From Dipteris shenzhenensis (Eukaryota), in NCBI GenBank assembly GCA_047967505.1, contig CM106538.1: a stretch of DNA of 64,000 nt; one strand, 5' to 3'. Shown here piece after piece: positions 1-11,607 of the stretch. Numbering within the stretch: position 1 is the stretch's first letter; the number at the start of each line of letters is the position of its first letter. Position numbers and translations under genes: made by a program. A model generated the notes under the pieces. That model was not told the DNA's origin. It was given only the letters and a program-made list of their open reading frames with translations, and made no database searches.

Positions 1-1330
1 CGATGGGAATGCCACTTTGCATGTAAGTCAATTCCACCTATTTGAAGATGTGTGCAAATTATTGTGCCCATCGGATATGCTTTGCATTGTCGATCAAGCA
101 TAAAACACCGTTTTTGCCTTTGTGTTATGCACAACCATATAAAAACATGACTGTAGGCGTGTTATTCAAATAAGTACTTATTTGATGGGGGCTCCACTTT
201 GCACGCAAGTCTATTTCAACTACGTTAAGGTGTGTGCAAAGTATTTTCACCATCGGATATGCTTGCATGGTCGATCACACATTATACACCATTTTTCCCC
301 AGTGATATGGACATTCGCAAAAAAACACGCCCTTAGGTATGTTATCTGACCAAGTACTTATTGGATGGGTGTGCCTCTTTGAGAACATTTCAATACCACC
401 TAGGTTGAGGTGTACGAAAAGTTTTGTGCCCATTATATCCTTCTGCCCATGGTGGATCGAGCATTAAATACTATTTTTGCTCTAGTGTCATGCACATCCG
501 TAAAAAAACACGCTGCTAGGTATGTTATCCGATCAAGCACTTATAGGATGGGCGTGCCACTTTGCATGTAAGTCAATTCCACCTAGTTGAAGGTGTGTGC
601 AAAGTATTGCTCCCTGCGGATATGCTTTGCATTGTCGAACAAGCATAAAACACTATTTTGGCCTTAGTGTCATGCACAACCATCAAAAAACGCGGTCCTA
701 GATGTGTTATTCGACTAAGTACTTATGGGATGGGCACGCCACTTTGCATGTAAGTCAATAATACCTAGGTTGAGATGTGTGCAAAGTATTTTGATGATCG
801 CATATGCATTGCATTGTCGATTAAGCATAAAGCAGCATTTTTGCCTTAGTGTCATGGACAACAACCAATAAAAAACATGGTCCTAGGTGTGATATTCTAA
901 AGAGTACTTATTGAATGGGCGTTCCACTTTGCATGGAATACCATACCACCGCTTTTGAGGCACGTGCAAAGTATTGTGCCCATCGGATATGCTTTACATG
1001 GTAGATTGAGTATTAAATACCGTTTTTGGCCTTGGTGTCATGTACAACTGTCAAAAAACACGATCGTAGGTGTATTTTTCAAACAAGTACTTATCAGATG
1101 GGGATGCCACTTTGCACACAAGTCAATACTGCCTAGGTTGAGGAACGTGCAAAGTCTTGTGTCCATTGGATATGCTTTGCATAGTCGATCTCACATTATA
1201 CACCATTTTGTTCCTAGTGTTATGCACAATCGTCATAAAAATACGTTTGGAGGTGTGTTATCCGAACAAGTACTTATGGGATGGATACGACCTAGGTTGA
1301 GGCATGTACAAAGTTTTGTGCCCATCGGAG
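1..1330. repeat. Satellite array of ~182-bp monomers (block 1, runs off window start)
   Basis: The motif AAGTACTTAT..GATGGG..CCACTTTGCA..AAGTC recurs near 1, 185, 363, 547, 729, 914 and 1097, with a partial copy near 1279. Confidence 0.95.
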
Positions 1331-1578
1331 AAATGTAGATGTGATAATATTAGAAAATTCTCGGTATGTGTATATGTGTGTGTGTGTGGTAAACAATTTT
1401 GATACAACAAAGTAAACACCTAGTGCACAAATTATGCACTTCATACCTTGAGTAAATAATCTTGTTGATGAGGATAAATACACCCTTGAATAAAAGCACA
1501 GTTGTTGTATGACCACAATAGGATCGCTTTGACACCTGTGATTTTGCCCACATGTAAGTTTGCAGATAGTATAAAAAA

Positions 1579-2220
1579 TCATATAATAATATATTAATAG
1601 TTTGCAAATGTGTATAGCAAGTGAGTAATGGGAAGTGGAAGTGGGAGTGAGGAGGGAGGAGTGGAATGGGAGAGGGAAGTAATAGGGTGTATGATAATAA
1701 GTATCAATAATAGTATAATAATATATTAATAGTTTTCAAATGGCAAGTGAGTAATGGGAAGTGGAAGTGACAGTGGGGAGGGAAGAATGGAATGGGAGAG
1801 GGGAAGGTAATAGGGGAGTAGGATAATAAGGGGATGAAATGAGTGAGGGGAGTTAATAGGGGATGAAAAAGAGGAGGGTGAGATGGGGAAATATGGGATT
1901 TTGGGAAATGGGAGGAGTATGGGACGTGGTGGAAATGTGGATGGGAGTGGTGGCAATGGGGGAGGAAGAAGAAATGGATGGGGGGAGGGCTAATGGAAGA
2001 TTGGGATGAGGGATGGGGGTCCAATGGGAGAGGGGGAGTAATGGGAGCCAATGGGAGAGGGGGATAAATGAAAAGCCAATAGGAGAGAGGGGAGGAATGG
2101 AAAGCCAATAGGAGAGGAGGAGGAAAACCTAATTTTTCTTATATATAGTCTTCCTTCTTCATTCATTCTCCCCTCATTTCATTCATTGAAGCAAGAAAGC
2201 AAGGACGATCAAGAAAGCAA
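1579..2220 (+). mobile_element. Possible Helitron-like 5' termini (two in tandem) with CCAAT/TATA promoter cassette
   Basis: A|TCATATAATAATATATTAATAG at 1579 and A|TCAATAATAGTATAATAATATATTAATAG at ~1704 resemble plant Helitron 5' ends. Repeated GCCAATAGGAG and TATATATA (~2140) follow. No hairpin-CTRR 3' end was found. Confidence 0.3.
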
Positions 2221-2279
2221 GGAAGGAAGAGCAAGAAAGCAAGAAAGAGCAAGAGAGAGAAGGGTTCCTGTCAGGAGGG

Positions 2280-5200
2280 AGGAGAAGGAGAGGATGGAGG
2301 GGCAGGAGGGAAGGGAGGAGGAGGGGAGGGAGAGGCAGGGCGGGGTCGAGGGGGGGAGGAGGGAAAGGAGGGGGAAGGGGGGCAGGGGGGGAAGGGGGGG
2401 AAGGGGGGGGGCTGGGGCAACCTCCATGGAGGGGGGGAAGGGGAAGGGGGGGGCGTGGTCGGCACCCCCCCTAGAGGAGGGGAAGGGAGGCGGGGTGGGG
2501 AAAGAGGGGGAAGGGGGGCGGGGCGGGAAGGGGGGAGGGGGGGTTGGCGCCCCCTGGAGGGGGGGAAGGGGGGCGGGGGGGAAGGAGGGCGGGGCGGGAA
2601 GAGGGGGGGCTAGCGGGGGGGGAAGGGGGGAGGGGGCGGGGGGGATGGAGGGGGAAGGGGCGATGGGGTGGCGACCGCGGCCGCCAGCCCTGTGGAGGGG
2701 GAAGGGGGCGTGGATTGGGAAGGGGGTGGGAGGGGGGCACGGGGGGAAGGGGGGAGAGGGAGGGGGGCTGGCGGCCGCGGCCGCCAGCCCTGGGGAAGGG
2801 GGCGTGGAGGGGGCTGGCGGGGGGGGGAAGGGGGAGGGGGGGGCTAGTGCCGCCACTGCCAGCCCTGTGGAGGGGGGGAAGGGGGGAAGGGTGGGTGGAG
2901 GGGGAAGGGGGTGGGAAGGGGGCAGGGGGGGGGAGGGGGGCTGGCAGCCGCAGCCGCCAGCCTTGTGGAGGGGGGGAAGGGGGGGTGGAGGGGAAGGGGG
3001 TGGGAGGGGGGCACGGGGGGGGGGGAAGGGGGGAGGGGGAGGGGGGGCTGGCGGCCGCGGTTGCCAGCCCTAGGGAAGGGGGGTGGAAGGGGCTAGCGGG
3101 GGGGGGGGGGGGAGGGGGGAGGGGGGGCTGGCGACCGCGGTCGCCAGCCCTGTGGAGGGGGGGAAGGGGGGGTGGTGGGGGAAGGGGGTGGGAAGGGGGG
3201 GGGGGGAGGGGGGAGGGGGGCTGGCAGCCGCGGTCGCCAGCCCTGTGGAGAGAGGGAAGGGGGTGGGATGGGGGCGGGGGGCTGGCAGGAGGGGGGGAAG
3301 GGGGGAAGAGGGCTGGCGGCCGCGGCCGCTAGCCCCATGGAGGGGGGGAAGGGGGGGCAAGGGGCAGAGGGGGGAAAGGAGGGGGGAGGTGGGGTGGAGG
3401 GGGGAAGGGGGAGGGGGGGCTGGCGGCTGCGGCTGCCAGCCCTAGGGAAGGGGGAAGGGGGGATGGAGGGGGTTGGCGGGGGGGGAAGGGAGGAGGGGGG
3501 GCTGGCGGCTGCGGCCGCCAGCCCTGTGGAGGGGGAGAAGGGGGGTGGGGGGGTGGAGGGGGAAGGGGGTGGGAAGGGGGTGGCGGGGGGGAAGGGGGGG
3601 GCTGGCGGCCGTGGCCGCCAGCCCTGTGGAGAGGGGGAAGGGGGTGGGAGGGGGGCAGGGGGCTAGCGGGGAGGGAGGGGGGGGGAGGGGGGGGAGGGGG
3701 AGGAAGGGGGTGGGAGGGGGGCACGGGGTTGGCGGGAGGGGGGAAGGGAGGAGGGGGGGGAAGGGGGGAAGGGGGAGGGGGTGGGAGGGAGGGCTGGCAG
3801 CCGCGATCGCCAGAACCCCCTGACGGGGGGAAGGGGGGAAGGGGGGGAAGGGGAGGGGGGGATCGGGACGGGAGGGGAGGGGTCGAGGGGGGGAGAGGGG
3901 GGGTAGAGGGGGGGAGGGTTCTGGCAGCGGAGGGAGGGGAGGGGAGGGGAGGGAGGAGGGGAGGGCAGGGGGTCGAGGGGAGGGAGGGAGGGAGGGGAGC
4001 GGAAGGAGAGAGAGAGAGAGAGAGGGAGAGGAGAGGAGGGAGCTGAAGGAGAGAGAGGGAGAGGAGGGAGGGAGTGAGAGAGAGAGTGAGGGGAGGGAGA
4101 GAGAAAGAGAGAGAGAGAGTGAGGGGAGAAGGTATGGGAAAGAGAGAGGGAGTGAGGGAGAGAGAAACAAGGGAGTAGAGGGAGAGAGGTCGAATTCTTA
4201 CAAGAGCGACAAATAAGATTTGACTTAGGAAAAGAATGAAAGGGACTTACTAGAAGAAAGTATCAAGAAGAATGTTGAACACAAATTTGAATTCTTACAA
4301 CTAAGAGTAGAACTATCACGAGCAAGAGCGACAAATAAGATTCTTGCTCAAATAAGATTCGACTTACTATCACGAGCAAGAGCGACAAATAAGATTCTTG
4401 CTCAAATAAGATTACTATCACAAGCAAGAGCGACAAATAAGATTTGACTTACTATCACGAGCAAGAGCGACAAATAAGATTTGACCTACGAGAAGAATGA
4501 AAGGGACTTACGAGAAGAAAGTATCAAGAAGAATGTTGAAGAAAGTATCAAGAAGAATGTTGAACACAGGGCCGCGGTCGCCAGCCCTGTGGAGAGAGGG
4601 AAGGGGGTGGGATGGGGGCGGGGGGCTGGCAGGAGGGGGGGAAGGGGGGAAGGGGGCTGGCGGCCGCGGCCGCTAGCCCCGTGGAGGGGGGAAGGTGGGG
4701 CAAGGGGCAGAGGGGGAAAGGAGGGGGGGGAGGGTGGGGTGGAGGGGGAAGGGGGAGGGGGGGCTAGCGGCTACGGCCGCTAGCCCTAGGGAAGGGGGGA
4801 AGGGGGGATGGAGGGGGTTGGCGGGGGGGAAGGGAGGAGGGGGGGCTGGCAGCTGCGGCCGCCAGCCCTGTGGAGGGGGGGGAAGGGGGGGAGGGGGGTG
4901 GAGGGGGAAGGGGGTGGAAAGGGGGCAGCGGGGGGGAAGGGGGGGCTGGCAGCCGCGGCCGCCAGCCCTGTGGAGAGGGGAAGGGGTGGGAGGGGGGCAG
5001 GGGGCTAGCGGGGAGGGGAGGGGGGGGGAGGGGGGGGGAGGGGGAGGGGGTGGGAGGGGGGCACGGGGTTGGCGGGAGGGGGGGAAGGGAGGAGGGGGGG
5101 GGAAGGGGGGAAGGGGGGAGGGGGTGGGAGGGAGGGCTGGCGGCCGCGATCGCCAGACCCCCTGACGGGGGGAAGGGGGGAAGGGGGGGAAGGGGAGGGG

Positions 5201-5540
5201 GGATCGGGACGGGAGGGGAGGGGTCGAGGGGGGGAGAGGGGGGGGTAGAGGGGGGGAGGGGTTCTGGCAGCGGAGGGAGGGGAGGGGAGGGGAGGGGAGG
5301 AGGGGAGGGCAGGGGGTCGAGGGAGGGAGGGAGGGAGGGGAGCGGAAGGAGAGAGAGGAGAGACAGAGGGAGAGGAGAGGAGGGAGCTGAAGGAGAGAGA
5401 GGGGAGAGGAGGGAGGGGAGTGAGAGAGAGAGTGAGGGGAGGGAGAGAGAAAGAGAGAGAGAGAGAGTGAGGGGAGAAGGTATGGGAAAGAGAGAGGGAG
5501 TGAGGGAGAGAGAAACAAGGGAGTAGAGGGAGAGAGGTTG
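2280..5540 (+). repeat. G-rich purine-strand tandem array with GGGCTGGCGGCCGCGGCCGCCAGCCC palindromic cores
   Basis: About 18 degenerate copies of a 26-bp palindrome (perfect at 2765-2790) are separated by G-tracts. The array is interrupted by an AT-richer block at ~4190-4570. Confidence 0.9.
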
Positions 5541-5914
5541 AATTCTTACAAGAGCGACAAATAAGATTTGACTTAGGAAAAGAATGAAAGGGACTTACTA
5601 GAAGAAAGTATCAAGAAGAATGTTGAACACAAATTTGAATTCTTACAACTAAGAGTAGAACTATCACGAGCAAGAGCGACAAATAAGATTCTTGCTCAAA
5701 TAAGATTCGACTTACTATCACGAGCAAGAGCGACAAATAAGATTCTTGCTCAAATAAGATTACTATCACAAGCAAGAGCGACAAATAAAATTTGACTTAC
5801 TATCACGAGCAAGAGCGACAAATAAGATTTGACTTACGAGAAGAATGAAAGGGACTTACGAGAAGAAAGTATCAAGAAGAATGTTGAAGAAAGTATCAAG
5901 AAGAATGTTGAACA
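3228..5914. repeat. ~1.34-kb tandem duplication
   Basis: 3228-4568 is repeated at ~4571-5914, with the junction ..TGTTGAACACA|GGGCCGCGGTCGCCAGCCCTGTGGAGAGAGGG. Confidence 0.9.
4200..4490. repeat. Minisatellite (ACTATCACGAG)CAAGAGCGACAAATAAGATT; second copy at ~5548-5835
   Basis: There are five copies of CAAGAGCGACAAATAAGATT per block with variable spacers. Confidence 0.85.
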
Positions 5915-6038
5915 CAAATTTGAATTCAAAAGGAACGTACGAGAAGAAAGTATGAGAAGAATGTTGAACACAAATTTGAATTCAAATTTCGCTCTCTTTT
6001 TTGGAAATTCAAATTTATGCGTAGGAGGAGTGGGCTAG

Positions 6039-6165
6039 TTTTTCTTATATATACTCTTCTTTCCATTCATTCATTCTCACTCTCTCCTCATTTCATTGAA
6101 GCAACCAAGAGCTGAAGAGAAAGGATAAGCGGAGCCTTACTTTTTTCACTTTTTCCAGGTACTTG
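6039..6165 (+). promoter_or_regulatory. TATA/5'UTR cassette paralogous to 2131-2200, followed by a CAG|GTACT donor-like site
   Basis: TTTTCTTATATATA..TTCATTCATTCTC..CTCATTTCATTGAAGCAA is shared with 2132-2194, and T-rich intron-like sequence follows. Confidence 0.4.
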
Positions 6166-6642
6166 CATTCTTTTTCATTCGTCTTGTAATTCTTTTTCTT
6201 TACTTACAATTCTTTTTCAATTAGTTTCTTGTTAAAGTTTTTGAGTTCTATTTCTTAAAATTCGTCTTGTAATTCTTTTTCTTTACTTACAATTCTTTTT
6301 CAATTAGTTTATTGTTAAAGTTTTTGAGGAGGGGGGTCTTTTAGAAGGCATTACAATTCTTTTTAAATTAGTTTCTTATTTGAGTTTTTGAGTTCTATTT
6401 TAATTAGTTTTTTATTTATATTTGAGTTTGTAAATTTGAGAAATGAGAGAATAGGGAGGGAGAGAAAGAGAGAGGAGAGAGGAGAGAGGGAAAGAGAGAA
6501 ATTAAGAGAGAGACGAGGGGCTCTTGGCGACTGTGGCCACCAAAGGGAGAGAGAGAACAGAAATGAGAGAGAGAGCAAGGGGGATGGAGACTCTGAGCAT
6601 GTGCAACATATATCTGTAAATGTAGGTGGCAGAGAATTTATA

Positions 6643-8744
6643 CCCCCCCTGAAGATGTCCAATGGTGCCCATACTTACAGTCCTTTCGGGAGCTGCCAAA
6701 TAGTGTGCTAATGCATCATTGGAAGTGCCAGCTTGAGGGCTCCCACCTCCATCTCTATGAAATTCTAGAGGTGTGCCCCCTCACACAATTCATCATGAAA
6801 TCCTTCGACGATTAGTGACATATGCATCCAAAGTGCACAAGAGGAGGATACACAGCCTTGCCCCTGACACTCCAGTCCCAACAACCGATGCAAATGCTGG
6901 CGGTCTACAGCCACCATGGCGACAACCCTTCTTGAAGCTGGAGAAATTTTGGTGCTACTACCACAATGCACACATCGATTGTTGAGTTCACCCACTGTAT
7001 ATGCTAATAGAACAACGATGGACTTGGGCCAAATTCATAGAACTCCAGTAGAAGGACCCAAATGTGTTGTACAACTTTCCAAGGTACAACTTCCCCAAAG
7101 AGATGACTCGAGGGATTTTTCTTCTGCCTCCAGTCATTCAATGACACATACGGCTCAGTTCCAGATTCTATCATCGTAGCAACGGTACATTTCAACCGCC
7201 TCCTCCTCTTACTCCTCCGTGATCTCCCCACCCACAGTCACCCCATCGACGACCGCCTCCACAATTTGGACAACCAGATTGTCTTCAATCCCGACATCGG
7301 TCATATGCAATTCTAAGGCCTCTGCCTCTACCTCCATGTACACAATCGCCATGGACATCACATCTGCACGTACGAGGATATGCACGCCACCCATTTTTGG
7401 AAGTATCGCTCGCCTCACTCCACGATAATTGGACCACTACACAATCCTATAGACAGTCCTCCCCACCAACCTCCTCCAGCGTAACTGACCCGACCCAAGG
7501 ACAGATCAGCAACAACAAAAAGGGGGCATGTTAACATCGATAAAGTATAGCCGTCGAACATAGGGTAATCGGTGATTAGAGGTGATCAAGCCACATGATC
7601 TACTTCATCGGATAAGCTTGGGGAGTTTGTCCCCCAAATACCCCAAGGCCAGTGATTGCAAGCAATGTGCACATGGAAGGATTACATCTCAAACTCAAGG
7701 AGTTTGATCCCCAAATACCCAAATTCCATGGATTCCAAGCACAGGTTGTATGTTCCAGCTAACACCCCAAGACCAAAGAGTACAAGCAGCGTGCACATTT
7801 CAGGCCTACATCCATGAAAATAGCCATGAAAGAAGTACATCTCAAACTCGGGGAGTTTGATCCCCAAATATCCCGAGGCAAAAGTGTCCAGGCAACGTGC
7901 AGAGGTTATACGTCCCAGCTGCAAGTGCCTGTTAAGTGTCTCACGGGAGTTAAGCCTTGCCACTCTAGGTTTTGAGCCGCGTTCACGAGGTTCGAGCCCT
8001 AAATGGCTTAAGGTGTGAGGGCGCTCAGGGAGTTTGAACCCCAAATCGAGGCTAACACAAGTGCTATTTGGAAACTGACCACCTCCTAATTCCAGGATTG
8101 TCCCAAGTCCTTTAATATGGTTAACACAAGTGCTATTTCAGCTAGTAGGGGAGAGATGGAAAGAATAGTAATATGCCTTAGAACCCTATGGGCCCAAGAT
8201 CCTTTGGTTGCAAAGAGAAGGAGAGTGCTAAAAAGGAAAATGGTTGGCCCTCCCTTCAAAAGGTGACTTGTATAAAAGGCCAAAGTGTTGACTTTGGTCT
8301 TCATTGTTGTTTGCACAATTTTGAATACAAGCTCCCTCTTCTCTTACAAGAGAGTGTTTTGGGTGTTCTCTTGTTTCCATTGTAGTGTCCTTGTGGTTGC
8401 CACTCCATCCCCCTTAACTCTCCTCTTCCCTTCTCCTTCTCCCTCCCTTCTCCCCTCTTTCCCTTCCCTCTTTCTTGTGTGGAATCACATTGCAAGAATC
8501 TGGAGGCCGCTTAAGTGACACTTGCAGATGACTAGTACCTTGCATCACTCTCACAAGAAGTATCTCGGAGTGGAGGCTCCATCGGCATATCTTCAACATC
8601 CCCATGACACGTGAGTCACCGCTGAGACCCACCATAAGTCTTTTTGTTAGATAATGCACTAAAATTGTTTCATCAAATTGTATTAGATCTTAAAGTAACA
8701 TCATTTTACCAACTATCAATTTGTGGATAGAATGCTATGCGCAA
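6643..8744 (+). mobile_element. LTR retrotransposon 3' fragment, copy 1 (internal region + PPT + LTR 7529-~8700)
   Basis: The PPT AAAAAGGGGGCA is directly followed by TGTTAACA (7529). TATAAAA lies at ~8271 and the LTR end TAACA at 8700. The fragment is a direct repeat of 13341-15453. Confidence 0.75.
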
Positions 8745-9520
8745 TGTGAGAGATCTCCTTGTGAGAGAGACTATTGAGAGCCTAGACTCTGTTGAGAGAG
8801 TATTGTGCTTGAGAGAAAACCATTCAAAGAGCGAGATACTACATTTTGAGACCGAGAGAGAGCTCTCTTTGTTGCAGAGAATTTTGAGGTAAACACCTCC
8901 ATCTGCATCCTTTAGTAAGTGCTCACGTAGAGCTCCTTACTAAGATTCTTGGTTGAGGTGGCACTCCATCAATAGTCTCTACTTCTATGTAAATCTCTCA
9001 AGCTATCAGCCCAATGATGCATCTGTGCACCGCTATTGTACTTCTCTTGCACCCCTGCACTACTGATTTCTTGCAATAGAGCTCCCTAGCTCACAAAAAG
9101 GCACCTCCAAAGTCTATGCTACAGCTCTCTTCACTGACAACTATGAAGTCCTATAGCACAATGGTCACGACCTCCACTAGTCTACAGTGGCTCTCCAAGG
9201 CTGCCTTGTACTTGCATCTACAACCGGCAATGGAACATTATAGCAGCACCTCATGAACATCTCCAAGGCTCCATAAGCCTCTCCATCGTCCCAACGGCTC
9301 ACAAAGGCCAAACAACGGCTCCGCTCTGCCAGCCTAAGCTCCGAAGCACCATGCAATGGCCTCTCGAGACTAGCATATGCTTGCGACCACCATAAATGCC
9401 TCCAAACGGCCTACAAGCCTGCCTTGCTCGCGGAGCGCTGTTGGAGAAGGCGAGGCTGGCTTTTTGTTTGCAAGTCATTGTGTAGGAGGCGCTAGAGTCA
9501 TCTCCACCTCCCCCTCCCCC
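8745..9520 (+). mobile_element. LTR-retroelement leader-like fragment
   Basis: GAGAGA-rich then CTCC/CAA-rich sequence is compositionally similar to the leader after the PBS at 26809-27900. It was not aligned formally. Confidence 0.3.
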
Positions 9521-9796
9521 TCCCCCCTCCATCTCCCCCTCCCCCTTCCCCCTCCCCCTCCACCACCACCTGAAAAGGTGTGTACTCCAAAGGGTATGTG
9601 CATGAAGAGGTGTGTACCCTTATGAAGGGTGTGACCCTTGATGAGAGGGTACATTACAATAGAAATGTATCTTGTGAAAGGTTGTGCCTCATAGGAAGTG
9701 TCCCGTCGAAAGGGCAAGGGTTGTGCGCAATTGATTTGCACTTGAAAGTAGAAGTATAGGGAAGGGAGTAGGCACAGGGAAGACTTGATGGTGCAA

Positions 9797-10210
9797 TCAA
9801 TCATGAATGAAAAAAGAAAGCCTTATGAAATATAGCATAATAGAAGCTATAATTTGAGTGAATCTTTGTTCATTTTGGACCCATTGCTGAAGTACCTGAA
9901 AACGAGCCTTCTCCACCTCTGCATGCGGGTATGGAGCTTCTTTGATTTGAGGCTCGGGAGTTGATGTGGATGAGCTCGGCTGCTCATTGCTTGGCGGATA
10001 TGGAGGCACTTGTGCTTTCTTTTTCAGAAGTCGCTTTGGTTGGATTGGAATGATAGGGTCCTTCGTGGCCTCTTTTTGTTGGCGTGTAATTACATTGATA
10101 GGATGTGACTTTACACTTGCCAAACCCAGACTTTGATGGTCGAATTTGAGGCTGAGAAACAAGCTCATGACCCAATCCATGACTTGGTCCCACAAAGCAT
10201 TGATACTGTA
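9797..10210 (-). pseudogene. Probable Ty3/Gypsy gag-protease linker fragment
   Basis: The ORF contains INVITRQQ followed by a Pro/Ser/Lys-rich linker, resembling the VNV(V/I)TR motif of plant Gypsy polyproteins. Confidence 0.35.
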
Positions 10211-11607
10211 CCCATTTTGCATGCAAGTCTGTTTCAACTAGGTTGAGGTGCATGCAAAGTATTGTCACCATCGGATATGCTTTGCATGGCCGATCACGCA
10301 TTATACACCATTTTTCCCCTAGTGATATGCACATCCGTAGAAAAACATGCCCTTAGAGGTGTTATCTGACCAAGTACTTATCGGATGGGTGCGCCTCTTT
10401 GATAACATTTCAATACCACCTAGGTTGAGGCATAGGAAAAGTTTTGTGCCCATCGGATATCCTTTGCATGGTCGATCGAGCATTAAATACCATTTTTACC
10501 TTAGTGTCATGCACATCCGTAAAAAAACACGCTGCTAGGTGCGTTATCCGATCAAGTACTTATGTGATGGGAATGCCACTTTGCATGTAAGTCAATTCCA
10601 CATACTTGAAGGTGTGTGCAAAGTATTGTGCCCATCGGATATGCTTTGCATTGTCGATCAAGCATAAAACACCGTTTTTGCCTTAGTGTCATGCACAACC
10701 ATATAAAAACACGGCCCTAGGTGTGATATTCAAACAAGTACTTATCGGATGGGGGCTCCACTTTGCACACAAGTCTGTTTCCACTAGGTTGAGATGCGTG
10801 CAAAGTATTGTCACCATCGGATATCCTTTGCATGGTCGATCACGCATTATACAACGTTTTTCCCGTAGTGATATGCACATCCGCAAAAAAACACGCCCTT
10901 AGGTATGTTATCTGACCAAGTACTTATCAGATGGGTGTGCCTCTTTGAGAACATTTCAATACCACCTAGGTTAAGGTGTAGGAAAAGTATTGTGCCCATC
11001 GGATATGCTTTGCATGGTCGATCGAGCATTAAATACCATTTTTGCCTTAGTGTCATGCACATCCGTAAAAAAACACACTGCTAGGTGTGTTATCCGATTA
11101 AGTACTTATGTGATGGGAATGCCACTTTGCATGTAATTCAATTCCACCTAGTTTAAGGTGTGTGCAAAGTATTGTTCCCATCGGATATGCTTTGCATTGT
11201 GGATCAAGCATAAAACACCGTTTTTGCCTTAGTGTAATGCACAACCATAAAAAAACACGGTCCTAGGTGTGTTATTCAAACAAGTACTTATCAACTGGGG
11301 GATCCACTTTGCACACAAGTATCTTTCAACTAGTTTGAGGTGCATGCAAAGTATTGTCACCATTGGATATGATTTGCATGGCCGATCACGCATTATACAT
11401 CGTTTTTCCCCTAGTGATATGCACATCTGCAAAAAAACTCGCCCTTAGGTGTGTTATCTGACCAAGTACTTATCGGATGGGTGTGCCTCTTTGAGAACAT
11501 TTCAATACCACCTAGCTTGAGGTGTAGGAAAAGTGTTGTGCCCATCAGATATCCTTTCCATGGTCGATCGAGCATTAAATACTATTTTTGCTCTAGTGTC
11601 ATGCACT
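10210..11607. repeat. Satellite array block 2, ~182-bp monomers in a ~545-bp ABC higher-order repeat
   Basis: The variant GTGCCTCTTTGAGAACATTTCAATACC occurs at ~10390, 10935 and 11481. The orientation is the same as block 1. Confidence 0.95.

Noticed and set aside
955-1338. ORFs within the satellite (also 10347-11648)
   Set aside because: They are chance frames in tandem monomers and are not conserved between units.
4200-4490. CRISPR-like repeat-spacer appearance
   Set aside because: The spacers are repeated, short and derived from the unit itself. The context is eukaryotic TE DNA with no cas genes.
2186-5526. Long Gly/Arg- and Pro-rich ORFs in several frames
   Set aside because: They are by-products of stop-free G/C low-complexity repeats, open on both strands, with no domain signal.
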